Source of the DNA: Fonticula alba ATCC 38817
Taxonomy: Eukaryota; Protista; Nucleariida
Assembly (NCBI GenBank): GCA_000388065.2
Contig: KB932217.1
Strand: one strand, 5' to 3'
Length of the DNA: 51,216 nt
The notes below the pieces were generated by a model, which saw only the letters and a program-made list of their open reading frames with translations, was not told the origin of the DNA and did not search any database. The position numbers were made by a program, and so were the translations under genes. Shown in pieces: positions 35,662-47,151 of the stretch. The stretch's first letter is position 1; every line of letters begins with the position of its first letter.

Positions 35662-38600
35662 CTACGAGGTGCCGCACACATGCTCCGGGCTGGTGTCACG
35701 GCGCCAGCACAAGTACGTGCAGGCCAGGCGAACCAGGTGCACCAGCTCCGGGTCATGGTGCGCCAGGCGGATGTCCAGCACCGGGCTGTCGATCTCCATG
35801 CTGCTGCTGCTGCCGCTGGCAATCGCGGCGGCGGCCGCCTCGGCCGCCGCGTCAACCGGCAAATCGGCCGGCCCGCCGGTGTTGACCACCGTCCCGAAGC
35901 AGGACCCCAGGCAATTGGTGGTGTCGAAGCGCGCGAAAAAACCGTGCACCAGGTCACGGCCGACTGGCCCGAGCGCCGCCCCCGGGGGGAGGTAGCATGT
36001 CAGCAAGCGGCCGCCACAAGGGGGGACATAGAAGGGCGGCGAAGGGCAAAAGGCGGCAGAGCAGAGAGAGAGAGAGAGAGCGCGCGAGAGAGGCAGAGCA
36101 AGGCACAAGGGCGCCAAAGGACGCACGAGCATCCACCAGGCAGTCCAGCACCCGGCGCCGGTCAAGGCGCAGCGCCGTCAGGGCCCGGTGCGACGCGGCA
36201 CTGGCCGCGCATGAGGCCGACGTGGCGGTGAAGGGCTCGGTCGGGGCCCGGCCCGAGGCGGCCCCCCCACCGGGGGAGCCCTCGTCGTCATCCGGCCCGG
36301 CCGCCCCGAAGAGGTTGCCGACCAGGCGCTCCGGGGCCACCACCGGCGACGAGGCGAACCCCCCCGCGTCCGGGCAGCGCGCAGAAGAGCCGCCCCGCCG
36401 GACGCCCAGCGCCTGGCGGAAGCCCTGGTCCCCCTCGGCCGAGCCGAAAAGCGCCCGGAGGAAGGCCTGCCGCACGGAGGCCACCGGCTCCAACAGCAGC
36501 ATCGGCGACACCGGGGCCCACAGGTCCACCAGCAGGGCCCGGCGCAGGGCGGCCACCGGCTCGGGCCCGACCACCCCGAGGCTGGCCAGCAGGCCCGGGT
36601 CCGCGGCCAGGCGGATCGCCCGCGCCAGCCCCGTCCACACATGGTCCCGGTGCGAGTAATCCGGCGACTGGAGCAACGAGGCGAACACCCGCCAGTAGAG
36701 ACGCCCATTGCACCGGCCCGGCGCCGGGGCAAAGGGCTCCTCCTTGTGCCCGGCAAAGCCGGCGCACTTGTCAAAGCGCGGGTCGCACACCGGCCCGGCC
36801 CCGGCCCGATCCGGGCCCGGCCACAAGGCCGCCGCCCATGCACCCGGGTCACGCGGCAGCGGCGGGGGCAGCTCGCCGGCCGGGTCCTCGGCCGCCGGGG
36901 CGGTCGCCGCGCGCTCCCCCCCGGCCCCGGTGCCCGGCATGCCGCCGGCAAAGAGCAGCGGGATGAAGTGCTCCCGCGCGTGGCCGGCATACCGCAGGAT
37001 GAGCACCGGCAGCAGCCACTGAACCACGCGCGCCTTGACCGCGGCGATCGGATCGAACAGCAGCAGCCCCAGCCCCAGCTGCAGGAGGGTCAGCTCCGTG
37101 CGCCGGAGCAGGCGGAAGGCGTGCTGCGCGGCCGGCGGCATCCCGGCCGGCCGGCACTCCCGGCACTGTTGGTCGCCCTCGTCCGGCGAGGCGCCGGGCG
37201 CCGAGTCGGCCCGCACGAAGTCCCGCGGGCTCGGCATCCCGGCCCAGAAGGCCGCCAGGGCCAGTTGGCTAGGGTGCACGCGGCCAAGCGCGAAGGGGTG
37301 GCATTCATGCGAGTGGGCGATGGCGCGGAGCAGGGGTCAACAACGAGGAGGGGGACTGGCGGCGGGGAAGGGAGGAGAGGGCAAAGAGAGAGAGAGAGAG
37401 AGGAGCGGCGAGGAGGAGGGAGAGACTGAAATAGAAAGAGGGACACGGAGGGGCAGACACAAGGACACAAAGTCACAGCGAAAGGAACACCGGCGCGATA
37501 CGCACTCAACCAGCACCAGCCGCTGCTCCCAGTCCCAGTACGGCAGCACCGACTTGCCCGGAGCCGGATGCCCGCCATTGGTGGCCCGGGCGGCAAAGAG
37601 GCTGAACACCCCGCGATAGGCTCGCTGCACCACGAAGCGCAGAGCCCCTTCCGCGCGGAAGACCCGGCCGACCGCGTCGGCGGCCCCGGCGCCAGGGCCC
37701 CCCCCGGGCCCGGCGAAGAGGCTGAACCCCATCAGGGCCAGCCCCTGCAGGGCGGCATTCGAGGTGGCCGTGCTGGAGGTGCCCATCAGATTGCTGGACA
37801 CATTCTCCGGGCGGGTGACCAGCGGCGGGGGGATGGCCGCATCGCGAGCCATGCTCCCCAGTCGCAGGGGGATCACCACGGCCGGGTCGAAGGCCGTCGT
37901 CGACCGGAAGGCCAGGAGCTCCCCGCCGGAGCAACACAGCAGCGGATAGTCCAGGTAGCTGGCCCGCGCGCCGGGGCCCATGGCCCGGGCCACCGCCTGG
38001 CACCGGTGACACCCGGCCCGGATGAAGGCCGCCTTCACCGGCAGCAGGAGCTGGTCGAAGGCCGGAGCCAGGGCCCCGGCGAAGCGCCACACCCCGGGCC
38101 CGGGGCCCGGGCCCCGGTGGCCGGCCACCAGGGCCAGGATGTGCGCCACCACCGGCAGGCAGGCCGCCAGCACTTGGTTCACATCCGACGAGGGGGTGGC
38201 CGCGGTCAGGCGCGTGGCCGCCAGCTCCCCCAGCGTCGGGTGCAAGGAGGGCAGGCGCCCGGCCGGGGCCGAGCCCGTGCTCGCGCCCGGGCCCATGGCC
38301 GCCGGCCGCCCGGCAAAGCACTCCCGCAAAAATTGATTCAAGCTGATCAGCGGCGGCGGGTCCCCGGTGCCCGGGCTCGGCCCCGGCAAGACCGCCCCGT
38401 GCCACAGAGCCCGGGCCAGCTCCGGCCCGGCCGCATCTCCCCCCGCACACCGGGCCGCCAGCGAGAAGAAGGTCCGCATGTCGCCCGGGGCTCCGCCCGG
38501 CAGGGGGCACCGCTCGGCCAGCAGCACCAGCAGCAGCGCCGGGAGGGCCCGCGCCGAGCCCAGCACGGTGGCGCTGTCGCCGGAGTCGCGCGTCGAGACC

Positions 38601-40495
38601 ATCAGCGCCCGCAAGCGCTCCGGCAGGGTCTACATGGTGTGTCCGGGCGCCAGACAGCCCGGGCGTCGGGGGAAGGGGCGGGGGCGGGGGGGGGGGGGGG
38701 GGGGGCAACCAAACCCCCAGGCAGGCGAGGCGAGGGCAAAGTCCCCGGCACACGGTCGACGACAAGGAGGTCAGTCCCACCTGGGCGGGGAGGAAGAGCA
38801 AAAGGGAAAGAAGGAACAAGGACAAGGCTGCACGCCGGGCGTCAGCCGCCCCTGCCCGCCGCCTCGCCGCCCATGCGGGCACAACACGGCGAGGGGGGCC
38901 GCAACCGACGCACATGGCCAAAGAAGGACCCGATCACCGGGCCCAAGGACAGGCTGGCCGCGGCTTGGCGCACGGGCCGGCTGCGCTCGCGATCGAAGGA
39001 CACCAGCTGCTCCAGCAGCCCGGGGATGATGCGCTCACGCAGGGAGGGGCTCACTGCGCGCCCGGCAGGAGGCCCGGGCAAACGTGTCAGCAGCTCACCG
39101 GAACACCGGCATCAAAAGGCAGGCGCGAGGGAGGGGGGAGGGCAACACGCACATGCAGCTGACACGGCCCCGAGCAGGGTGGCCGCCGAGCGCTTTACGC
39201 CCCAGATGGGGTCCCCGCAGAGGAGCCGGAAATAGGGGAGCTACCGGTCGGCACACCGCCAGGCGCGAAGGACAGAGGGAGGGAACCGGGCGAAAGCCGG
39301 GCGAACACATGTGTGGCGACGTTAGACCATGCCCAGGGGCCACGGCGTGTGGCGGGCGCCGGCGGCGGAGTGCCCCCGGAGGACAGGCAGGGCGGCGGGG
39401 GGGGGGGGGGGGGGACCGGGCAACAGCCGCGCAGGCAGACGGCGGCCGGAAGGCGGGGGGGAAAAAAAAAGGACATCGCGCAAGCTTCGCACCAGGAAGT
39501 CCTCGAAGAAGCGCGTGCACACGCGCCCGGCCACGGCGGCGATCAGCTCGGCCAGGGCCGCGCGCGACCGGTGCGACCAGCCGGAGGCCGACTTCTGCGG
39601 GAAGTCCGCCACCGCCAGCCACTCCTCCTGGGTCAGATGCCGCGATTGGAGCAGGCGCTCGGTCTGCGACAGGGTGGCCTGCGGATCGGCCCCGGCCGCC
39701 GGCGGCCGGAGGTGCTGCGACAGGGCCGGGCAGTGGCATGGCGCCCGGGCGTGGGCTTCCAGGTCCTCGTCCGAGGCCACCAGTGCCGGGCCGCGGGCCG
39801 GGTCGGCCGTGGCCAGCCCGGGCCCGGTGGCCGTGCCGCCGCCGCCGCCGCCGCCGCTGGCCGATCCGCGGGCCAGCTCCACGCGGAAGATCCCGAGCAG
39901 CGGCTGGACCGGGCACGAAAAGGCACACTCATGCAGTGGCCGGCCATAGATGGTCATCTGCGTGGCCAGGAACACCAGCGACCGGAGGGCGCGCTCGCGC
40001 AAGAAGGCCCCGCCAGCTGGTTCGGCCGTCGCCAGGTCCCGGCACACGGCACAGCACTCGGCCGCGGTGGCCGGCCCCGGGACCGGGTCGTCGGTTTCCA
40101 CCGTCCGCCGGGGCAGCAGCCGCGGGATGGCGGCCACGAGAGACTGCGCCGGCAAGGCATCCAGCCAGGGCGCCGGGCGGGGGACCGTGCGCAGGCAGCG
40201 AGCGGCGAGACACGCGGCGCATGCCGTTCGCCGGGCCGTGAGGCAGGTGGATGACAGACGCGCAAGAAATGCGCAGCAATGGAAGAAGGAGAGAAACGAG
40301 CGAAGAGAGAAGAAACATAGGGGGAGGGAGAAAGATGAGTGCACGCAAGAAGGGCAGCCCCGAAGGAGAGACAGAGAGAGAGGGAGGGAGCACATGCAAG
40401 CGCCCGAGCGAGACAGGCCCATGGGCCAGCCATGCCACCGCGTGTCAGTCGAGCGCGCCACGACATGCAAGCAGCGCAATGGAACCGGTCCCATA

Positions 40496-40536
<41 letters not shown>

Positions 40537-42262
40537 CAGCAGAGTGACAGTCACCGACTCCATGCGCGTGTTCCGGCGCGAGTCCGAGCCCCCCGGCCCC
40601 GGGCCGATGGCCAGCGACAGGGCGCTCGCCTCGCGCCCCACCGGGAAGGGCGGAATCACAAACGACCCGTCGGCATCATGGTAGGGCCCCGGGGCCGAGC
40701 GCTCCCAGTCCGGCACCCCGGGCAGCGGGCACGCCGCCAGGGCGGCCACAAACTCCGGCACAATGACCGTCGTCAGGAGGAAGTCAAAGAGCCCCCGCTG
40801 CGCCGGGCCCGGCAGGACCACCAGCCCATCGGCCGAGCCGCCGACCACCGCCGGCGCGCCCGCCGCCGAGGCGGCCCGCTGGACATTCAGGTAAAACCCA
40901 GCCACCTCGGACTGGAGGACATCCGCCAGGGCCGAGAAGGCCTGCTGCGCGGCCGGCGCCCCGAGGGCCGGGTCGGCCTCGCGCCCGGCCGCCAGCCGCG
41001 TCAGGCACCGGGTCACCGTGCGCACCACCTGCAAGCAGCGCACCCGCCACAGCAGAGCCTCATCCAGCTGCCGGGCTCGATGGCCGCCGCCGCCGCACGA
41101 CACATCCGCCAGGGGGACCACCACGGCCGGCCACAGCGCCGGGTCGGACACCGCCAGCACCGGGCCCCGCGTGGTCGGCAGGTCCATGGCCGCCAGCGAG
41201 CAGGCCAGGAACACCCGCAAGGCGCTGGCCGCCAGCTGCGGCAACGATTGCATGGCAAACACCCGGACCAACTTCTTGGCATCAATCACCAGGGCCCCGG
41301 CCAGGCAGGGGAGATACACGCGCAGGAGCTGCCGCGCCAGGCGCCGGCGCCACTGCCGCGCCAGCCGGCCCATCCGCGCCCCGGCCTCCGGGTCGAAGTA
41401 CGGGTTGCCGGGCCCGGGCCCGGCCGGCACATGCGGTGACCGGTCGCCCGGGGCCGAGCCCGAGCCCGGGGCCGAGCCCGAGGCATCGCCCCCGCCCGAG
41501 CCCGAGGCATCGCCCCCGCCCGAGCCCGAGCCCGAGACATCGCCCCCGCCCGAGCCCGAGCCCGAGACATCGCCCCCGCCCGAGCCCGAGCCCGAGGCAT
41601 CGCCCCCGCCCGGGCCCGAGCCCCCGCAGGCATCACACACCCGGCCGAGGCACCCGCCGGACCCGGCGTCGGCCGCCGGCCCGGCGAGGCTCTGCCGCCA
41701 TGGGCGCCAGGCACACCCGCCGCACAGGCGCTCGGCCGACAGCAGCAGCGCCGCCCGTTCCAGGGCCGCCACCCGGCTGGCGGCGAACTGGAAAAAACGC
41801 CCAGCATTCTTGGCCGCATAGTACCGGTAATCCACCATCTTCGGCTCGAAGCACAATTGGCTGAAGACCAATGCGCTGGTGGTGGTCAGCTCGGCCGGCA
41901 GGCGGTCCACCCGCCGGCCGACCAGCGCCGCCACCGCCTCGGTCGGGCCGTCCACCGACAGCCCGGCCCCCGACAGGCCGAACCCGCCGGACCCGCCGGG
42001 CCCGCCGGGCCCCGGGAACCCAGCCCCACCGAGGGCCCCGGGCGAGGCGATCTTCGACAGCAGCCCCCCGCCCGGGCGAAGGAGCGACTCCACCCCCGGG
42101 CGCCCGTGCGCATCCACCGGCAACTGCAGCAGCCCAAAGAGCAGGTCCGCCCGCGAGCAGAGCCCATCTTCGTCTTCGTGCCCATCCTCGGCCGGGTCCC
42201 GGCGGGGGTCCTCCTCCCCGGCCGAGGGCGCGCCCCCGTGTGCCGGCGAGGATGGCGACGCC

Positions 42263-42297
<35 letters not shown>

Positions 42298-43728
42298 TGC
42301 TGCTCCGGCCCCCGCCGCCTCATGGTCCTCGGCACCAGGGCACAGGGACGAGGAGCAGCACGGGCCGGGGCCAGGGCCGCCGGCCACTTCCACCGGGACC
42401 GCAGTACGCGGCTCGGCCTCCGTGAAGTAGGGCTGATGCGCCAGCGCCGCCAGGATCACCTGCTCGCACTTGTAATTCTGCCCCTCGAGGCACCGGAACC
42501 CGGCGATCGGCCGCGTCACATGCAGGAAGCTCGCCAGCCAAACCAGCTCCGAGGTGGCGGTGAAGCGTCGCCGGCGGAAGGTGCGCCGGGGCCGCACAGC
42601 GCCGACCCCCGTACCCCCCGGCCCATGGGGCCCGATCATGGTGGCTGCCAGGCCCGCGCCGAGGGGCCCGGAGCCGCCGCCGGCAGACGCCCCCCTGGTC
42701 GGGCCGCTGCCCCGGCGCCGGGGCCCCTCACCCAGGTGCCGGCCATGCAGCGGCCCACCGGCCGCCCGCGGCGACAGGGAGCTCACCCCGAAGCCGAGCT
42801 CCGCGCCCAGGTGGCTGGTCCCGGCAAACTGGTCGTCCAAGTCCGACAGGCCGTAGTCCGGCAGGTCGTCCGCATCGGCCACCGGCGTGGCGCCAATGCC
42901 ATCATCGACATCCACATCGTCGCTGCCATCGTCGTCCTCGTCGTCGGGCCCGGCATGGCCGGCCGGGTCGTGGTCGCTGTCGAAGCCCAGCGACCCATCG
43001 GTGCCATCCGTCCGGAAGCCCCCGTCGCTGCCGTCATCCCCGGGCTCGAGGTCGCTGTCGCCCTCGCCGCCGCCGCCGCCGCCATCGGACCCGCTGCCCT
43101 CCCAGCAGACAATCCCCCCGGCCGGGGTGGTGTCGTCGCGCAGAGGCGGCGCCCCGGTCTCGAAGCGCGACCGCTCCTCGGCCGCCAGGCGCGCACACCC
43201 GCACAGGGTCAGGCTCAGGGCCGCCAGCGGCAGGGCAGCCGCCGCCACCGCCGTCGGCGCATGTGCCCGCGGGCACACCAGCCCCTCGAGGCAGACCGCC
43301 AGGCCCGGCGTGCCCGGCGTGCCCGGCATCGCCGCCAGCGAGCCCAGGGCCGGGGCTCGTGTCCGCGGCAGCCGGAAGGTGGTCATCGGTGCGTCTAGCC
43401 ACACGGCCAGCTGCTCCAGCGGGTGGTCGCCCAGGGCCCCGGGCCCGGTGGCCGGGGCCCGGGCTCCCGGCCCGGCAAAGAAGGCCCCCAGGTCCACCCC
43501 CAGGTCGATGGAGGCCGCGTCGCCGGCCAGCCCCAGCCCATGCCCGGCGTCGAGCCGGCCGGAAAGCTGGGCCAGCTCGCGCAGGCCGCGCGCCGTGGCC
43601 GATGGCTCATCGAGCCCGGCATCCGCCATGCTCAAGTCATCATCGTCCGACGTGGAGGAGGAAAACCCCCCGGGCGAGGGGGCCTCCTCCGGCCCGAGGT
43701 CCAGGAAGTAGGACCCGAGGTCGTCCAT
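35662..43728 (-). CDS. PPP4R1: PP4 regulatory subunit 1-like HEAT-repeat protein (2221 aa)
   Basis: Exons 43728-40537, 40143-39493, 39240-39153, 39053-38914, 38780-38754, 38629-37506, 37268-36127, 35963-35662; phases match, total 6666 nt. Spliced EDFLLPYFRLLCGDPIWGVKRSAATLLGAVSAA...RERIIPGLLEQLVSFDRERSRPVRQAAASLSLGPVIGSF resembles my recollection of PP4R1 (LLPRFFQLCSDNVWGVRKACAE...DPSRWVRQAAFQSLGPFISTF). YWRVFASL and MLLLEPVASVRQA resemble its C-terminal HEATs. Assignment is by eye, not by database search. Confidence 0.75.
41452..41625 (-). repeat. About 30-bp coding tandem repeat encoding (GGGD[A/V]SGSGS)n
   Basis: CGAGCCCGAGACATCGCCCCCGCCCGAGCC-type units within exon 1 of the PP4R1-like gene. 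Confidence 0.9.
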
Positions 43729-44656
43729 CGGGCCGAGGCGACGGGAAGGAGAAGATCAATCCCGCGGCAGGGGAGGAGAGGGGGAGGGGGGGGCCGAGCG
43801 AAGGGTGTTGTTCGGTGGGGGAGAAGCAGAGAAAAAGAGAGAGAGAGAGAGAGGTGTGGATGGGCAAAGTGCAGGGGAGTTCTCAGCGGAGAGGGGGATG
43901 GAGAAAGGTGCCGGCGACCGGGGGATCAGCCAGCTTATGCGGCTGCGCCTGAAAAGGGGATGCCCCTTCCCCGGGCATGCGCGCGCACATGTTGCCCGGA
44001 CACAAACGGCGCGCCCGCCCAATCGGGCCGGGGGCCGGGGGGCGGGGGCGGGCGATGCCCAAGTGTCCGGGGGCGGGCGGGCGGGCGGGCGGGCGTGGGG
44101 GGGACCTCGCCCGGGAACTAGCACCCCGCCCTTCCCCGCGCCCCAGCCGGCGAGAGCACACCACGGCCGACGGCCCCCGGCCCCCCTCATTTGGCCGCCG
44201 CCGGGGGGAGAAGCGAGGGGCGAGGGGCCGGGAGGCAATTGCCCCGGGGAAAAAACAGCTCCATTTATTGCACAGACATGCGCGGGGTCCTGAGTCCCCC
44301 CGGGGGAGGGGAGGCCCCGGCCGCCGGCGCCGCCGCTCCCTCGGCAACCGGCGGGGGCGGCCGACTCGCCGGCGCATCGCCCCGGGGCGGCGGGGCAGCC
44401 CGGCAGCAGCCAGGCAGCTCTTGGATCCCCCCCCCCCCCGAGGGGCCCCGCCCAGCACGCGCCGGCCCGGCCGGGGGCAGAGGCTAGCTAGGGGCGGCCG
44501 GCAGGCGCGGTGCACCGAACCCCAACTGCCAACCCAGTTGGAACAGGCCAGGGGCCTGCGGGGGTGCTGTGGACCGGAGGCCCGCTCGGGCCCGGCGACG
44601 CCGGCAGGCCGGCCCTCGATACGTTGGAACCCTGAGCCGTCTCCGGCCCCCCCCCC

Positions 44657-44731
44657 NNNNNNNNNNNNNNNNNNNNNNNNNNNNNNNNNNNNNNNNNNNN
44701 NNNNNNNNNNNNNNNNNNNNNNNNNNNNNNN
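44657..44731. other. Assembly gap (N run)
   Basis: Run of N in the sequence. Confidence 1.
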
Positions 44732-44819
44732 CCCCCGCCCCTGCCCAGCGTGCTGACCCTTGTGTCCCCCACCCCTCGCGTCCTCGCCCCCGGCCCTGCA
44801 CTCGCGCCACCCTGCTTAG

Positions 44820-45328
44820 GCCTCGCGGAGTTCCGCTCGAGCCTGCTCGAAAGCATGCACACCCCGACGTGGCTGGCCCTGCCGGCCGACGACCTGGCGG
44901 CCAAGCTCCTGGAGCATGTGACCCGGAATGCGGCCGACTTTGCGCGGCTTCCGGCCGCGGAATTCGTGGATTCGGAGCTCCTCCGGTGCGTGTCCCCCTC
45001 CCCCCCCTTCTCCCCTGCGCCTCCGACGATCGGGAAGGCTAACTACCATGTCGACACCGGGGCGCGGGTGGCGGAAAAAAATCCCCAAAAAAACACCAGG
45101 CACATTGCCGACGCGCCGGCGCACTTCACCCTGGCCCCCTTCGCCGCGGTGGTCGGCGGTGCCGCCTCGCAGGAAGCCATCAAGATCATCTCCGGAGCCG
45201 AGGCCCCCTTCAACAACTTCGCCTACTTCGACTCCGGCGTCGGTGGGCTGGCTGGGCGAGGCCTCGGCGCGGCCGGGTCTCCCTCCTGGCAGGTGGGTGG
45301 CGCCGAGGTGGTCCTCGCGCAGCCCTGA
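44820..45328 (+). CDS. SAE1: 3' part of SUMO-activating enzyme subunit 1 (SAE1/Aos1)-like E1 protein; 5' exons not seen
   Basis: Exons 44820-44985 and 45100-45328 are phase-compatible. LAPFAAVVGGAASQEAIKIISGAEAPFNNFAYFDSG matches the Aos1/SAE1 C-terminal pattern P..AVVGG...QE..K..S....P.NN...FD and is followed by a stop rather than further UBA1 domains. Confidence 0.72.
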
Positions 45329-45430
45329 TGCCGGCAATAGAAAAGGAAGAAACCCCTGCATGCGTGTCTTTCCCTGCCGGGCCCCTGGGGTGCCGGCGGC
45401 GCGCACGCGCGTCCCCCCTCTCTCCGTGCG

Positions 45431-45466
<36 letters not shown>

Positions 45467-45505
45467 GCACGCCGCGCCCCGGGGCAGGAAAAAGGCCCAA
45501 AAGGA

Positions 45506-45577
45506 AGGTCGAGCCGAGAATCGAACTCGGATTGACAGATTCAGAGTCTGCCGTGATAACCATTACACCACTCAACC
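45506..45577 (-). tRNA. tRNA-Gln (CTG)
   Basis: GGTTGAGTGGTGTAATGGTTATCACGGCAGACTCTGAATCTGTCAATCCGAGTTCGATTCTCGGCTCGACCT; T discriminator, downstream T runs. Confidence 0.96.
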
Positions 45578-45887
45578 GCACATGGACTCCCACCCCACGG
45601 ATGGCCTCAAATACCTTTCGCCTTGCCCACGCACCCATAAAAGATCCCCCGCCGGCGCGCCCGGTCGTGTCGCCCGGCCCACGCACCCGCATCCCCTCCG
45701 CCCCTCTGCGCCCGCCCCCCCCCCGCCCATTTTTCACTTTCACCCTGCCATGAGCTCGCCCATGCCCGCCTCCAAGGTGCGCCCCCTGCTCGCGTCCCGC
45801 TTCACCGTCTCGCGCCCCCCTCCACCCCCTGCGCTCCTGCTCGCCCTCCCCCCCCCCCCCCCACCAACCGGGCGGTAAATTGGGTCC

Positions 45888-45914
45888 CCCCCCCCCCCCC
45901 CCCCCCCTCCCCCC

Positions 45915-45972
<58 letters not shown>
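45888..45972. repeat. Poly-C tract upstream of RPA1
   Basis: About 85 nt of almost pure C ending about 75 nt before ATG 46048. Confidence 0.9.
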
Positions 45973-45974
<2 letters not shown>

Positions 45975-46047
45975 CTTTCCCACCGCTATACAAGCCGAGG
46001 CCAGCCCCTGCATCTCGCTGGTTCGTCCCCTCCCTTCCTCGACTGGT

Positions 46048-47120
46048 ATGGCTCTCCCGCCCATCAGCGCCAACTCCATTCCCCTCCTCAAGGACAAGCC
46101 ATACCTCCAGCCAACCCTGCTGGTGTGCTTCGCCCGGCTGTCTAACAAGTCCGCCAACGGGAGCAGTTCCTACCAGACTATTGTCAGTGACTCGGTCTAC
46201 AAGACTTCCGGTATGTGACGTGGTGATTCTTCGGCCGGCATGCTCCCTTCCCGGGGTGGCTCTGTCCCTACTCACGCCCTCCCCCCACTTTGCCGTCTCT
46301 CTCCCTCTCTCCCCCTGCGCTCCCGCCCTCGCAGGTATCGTCAGCTTCCCCGACTCGGTTGACCTCCAGCCGTTCACCCTCATCCAGGTCGTCCAGTTCT
46401 ACTTCATCAAGGCGTCCTCCTGCTTCCGGTATGCCCTTCGCTTGCTCCCTCCCCTTTGCCCACTCTGCCTCCTTCTTTCTGCCCGCCATGCGCCCCCTTC
46501 TCTCCCGGTCGCCCCCTTTGCCGCGCACGCGCCTTCTCACTGTCCTTTGCCTCCCGCCTGTTGCCCCGTCCAGCCTCGTCATCTCCCAGGCCAACGTCCT
46601 CGGCGTCTACCCCGAGAAGATCGACCACACCACCCTCATCATGCACCGCTTCCAGCTTGACGACGAGCCGGCCGCCCCGGGCCCGGCTGCCCAGGCCGCG
46701 ACCACTCCCACCCCCCACCAGCAATACCAGCAGCAGCCGGGCTACCAGCAGCAGCAGCAGCAGCAGCAGCAGCCCGGCGGCAATGTGTCGGCCCGCGGTC
46801 GCCCGGCTGGTGCGCTCAATGCCCCGCCCCAGCACGGCGCCGCCGGTGGCCAGACCTACCAGCCGATCGCGTCCATCTCGCGCTTCCTCAACAAGTGGAC
46901 CATTTGCGGCCGGGTGACCGTCAAGTCGCCGGTGAAGCACTGGTCCCGGCCGGACGGCCGCGAGGGGCAGCTCTTCTCCTTCAATCTGCTGGACTCGTCG
47001 GTGCGTCCTCCGGCTTCTTGCTTTCTTCCTCCTCTCGCCCCTGTCTCCTCCCCTTTGTTCGCGCCTGTCTCACCACTGTTTGTCTCCTCCTTCGCCCTAT
47101 TCCGCTTCTTTCTCTCTCTT

Positions 47121-47151
<31 letters not shown>

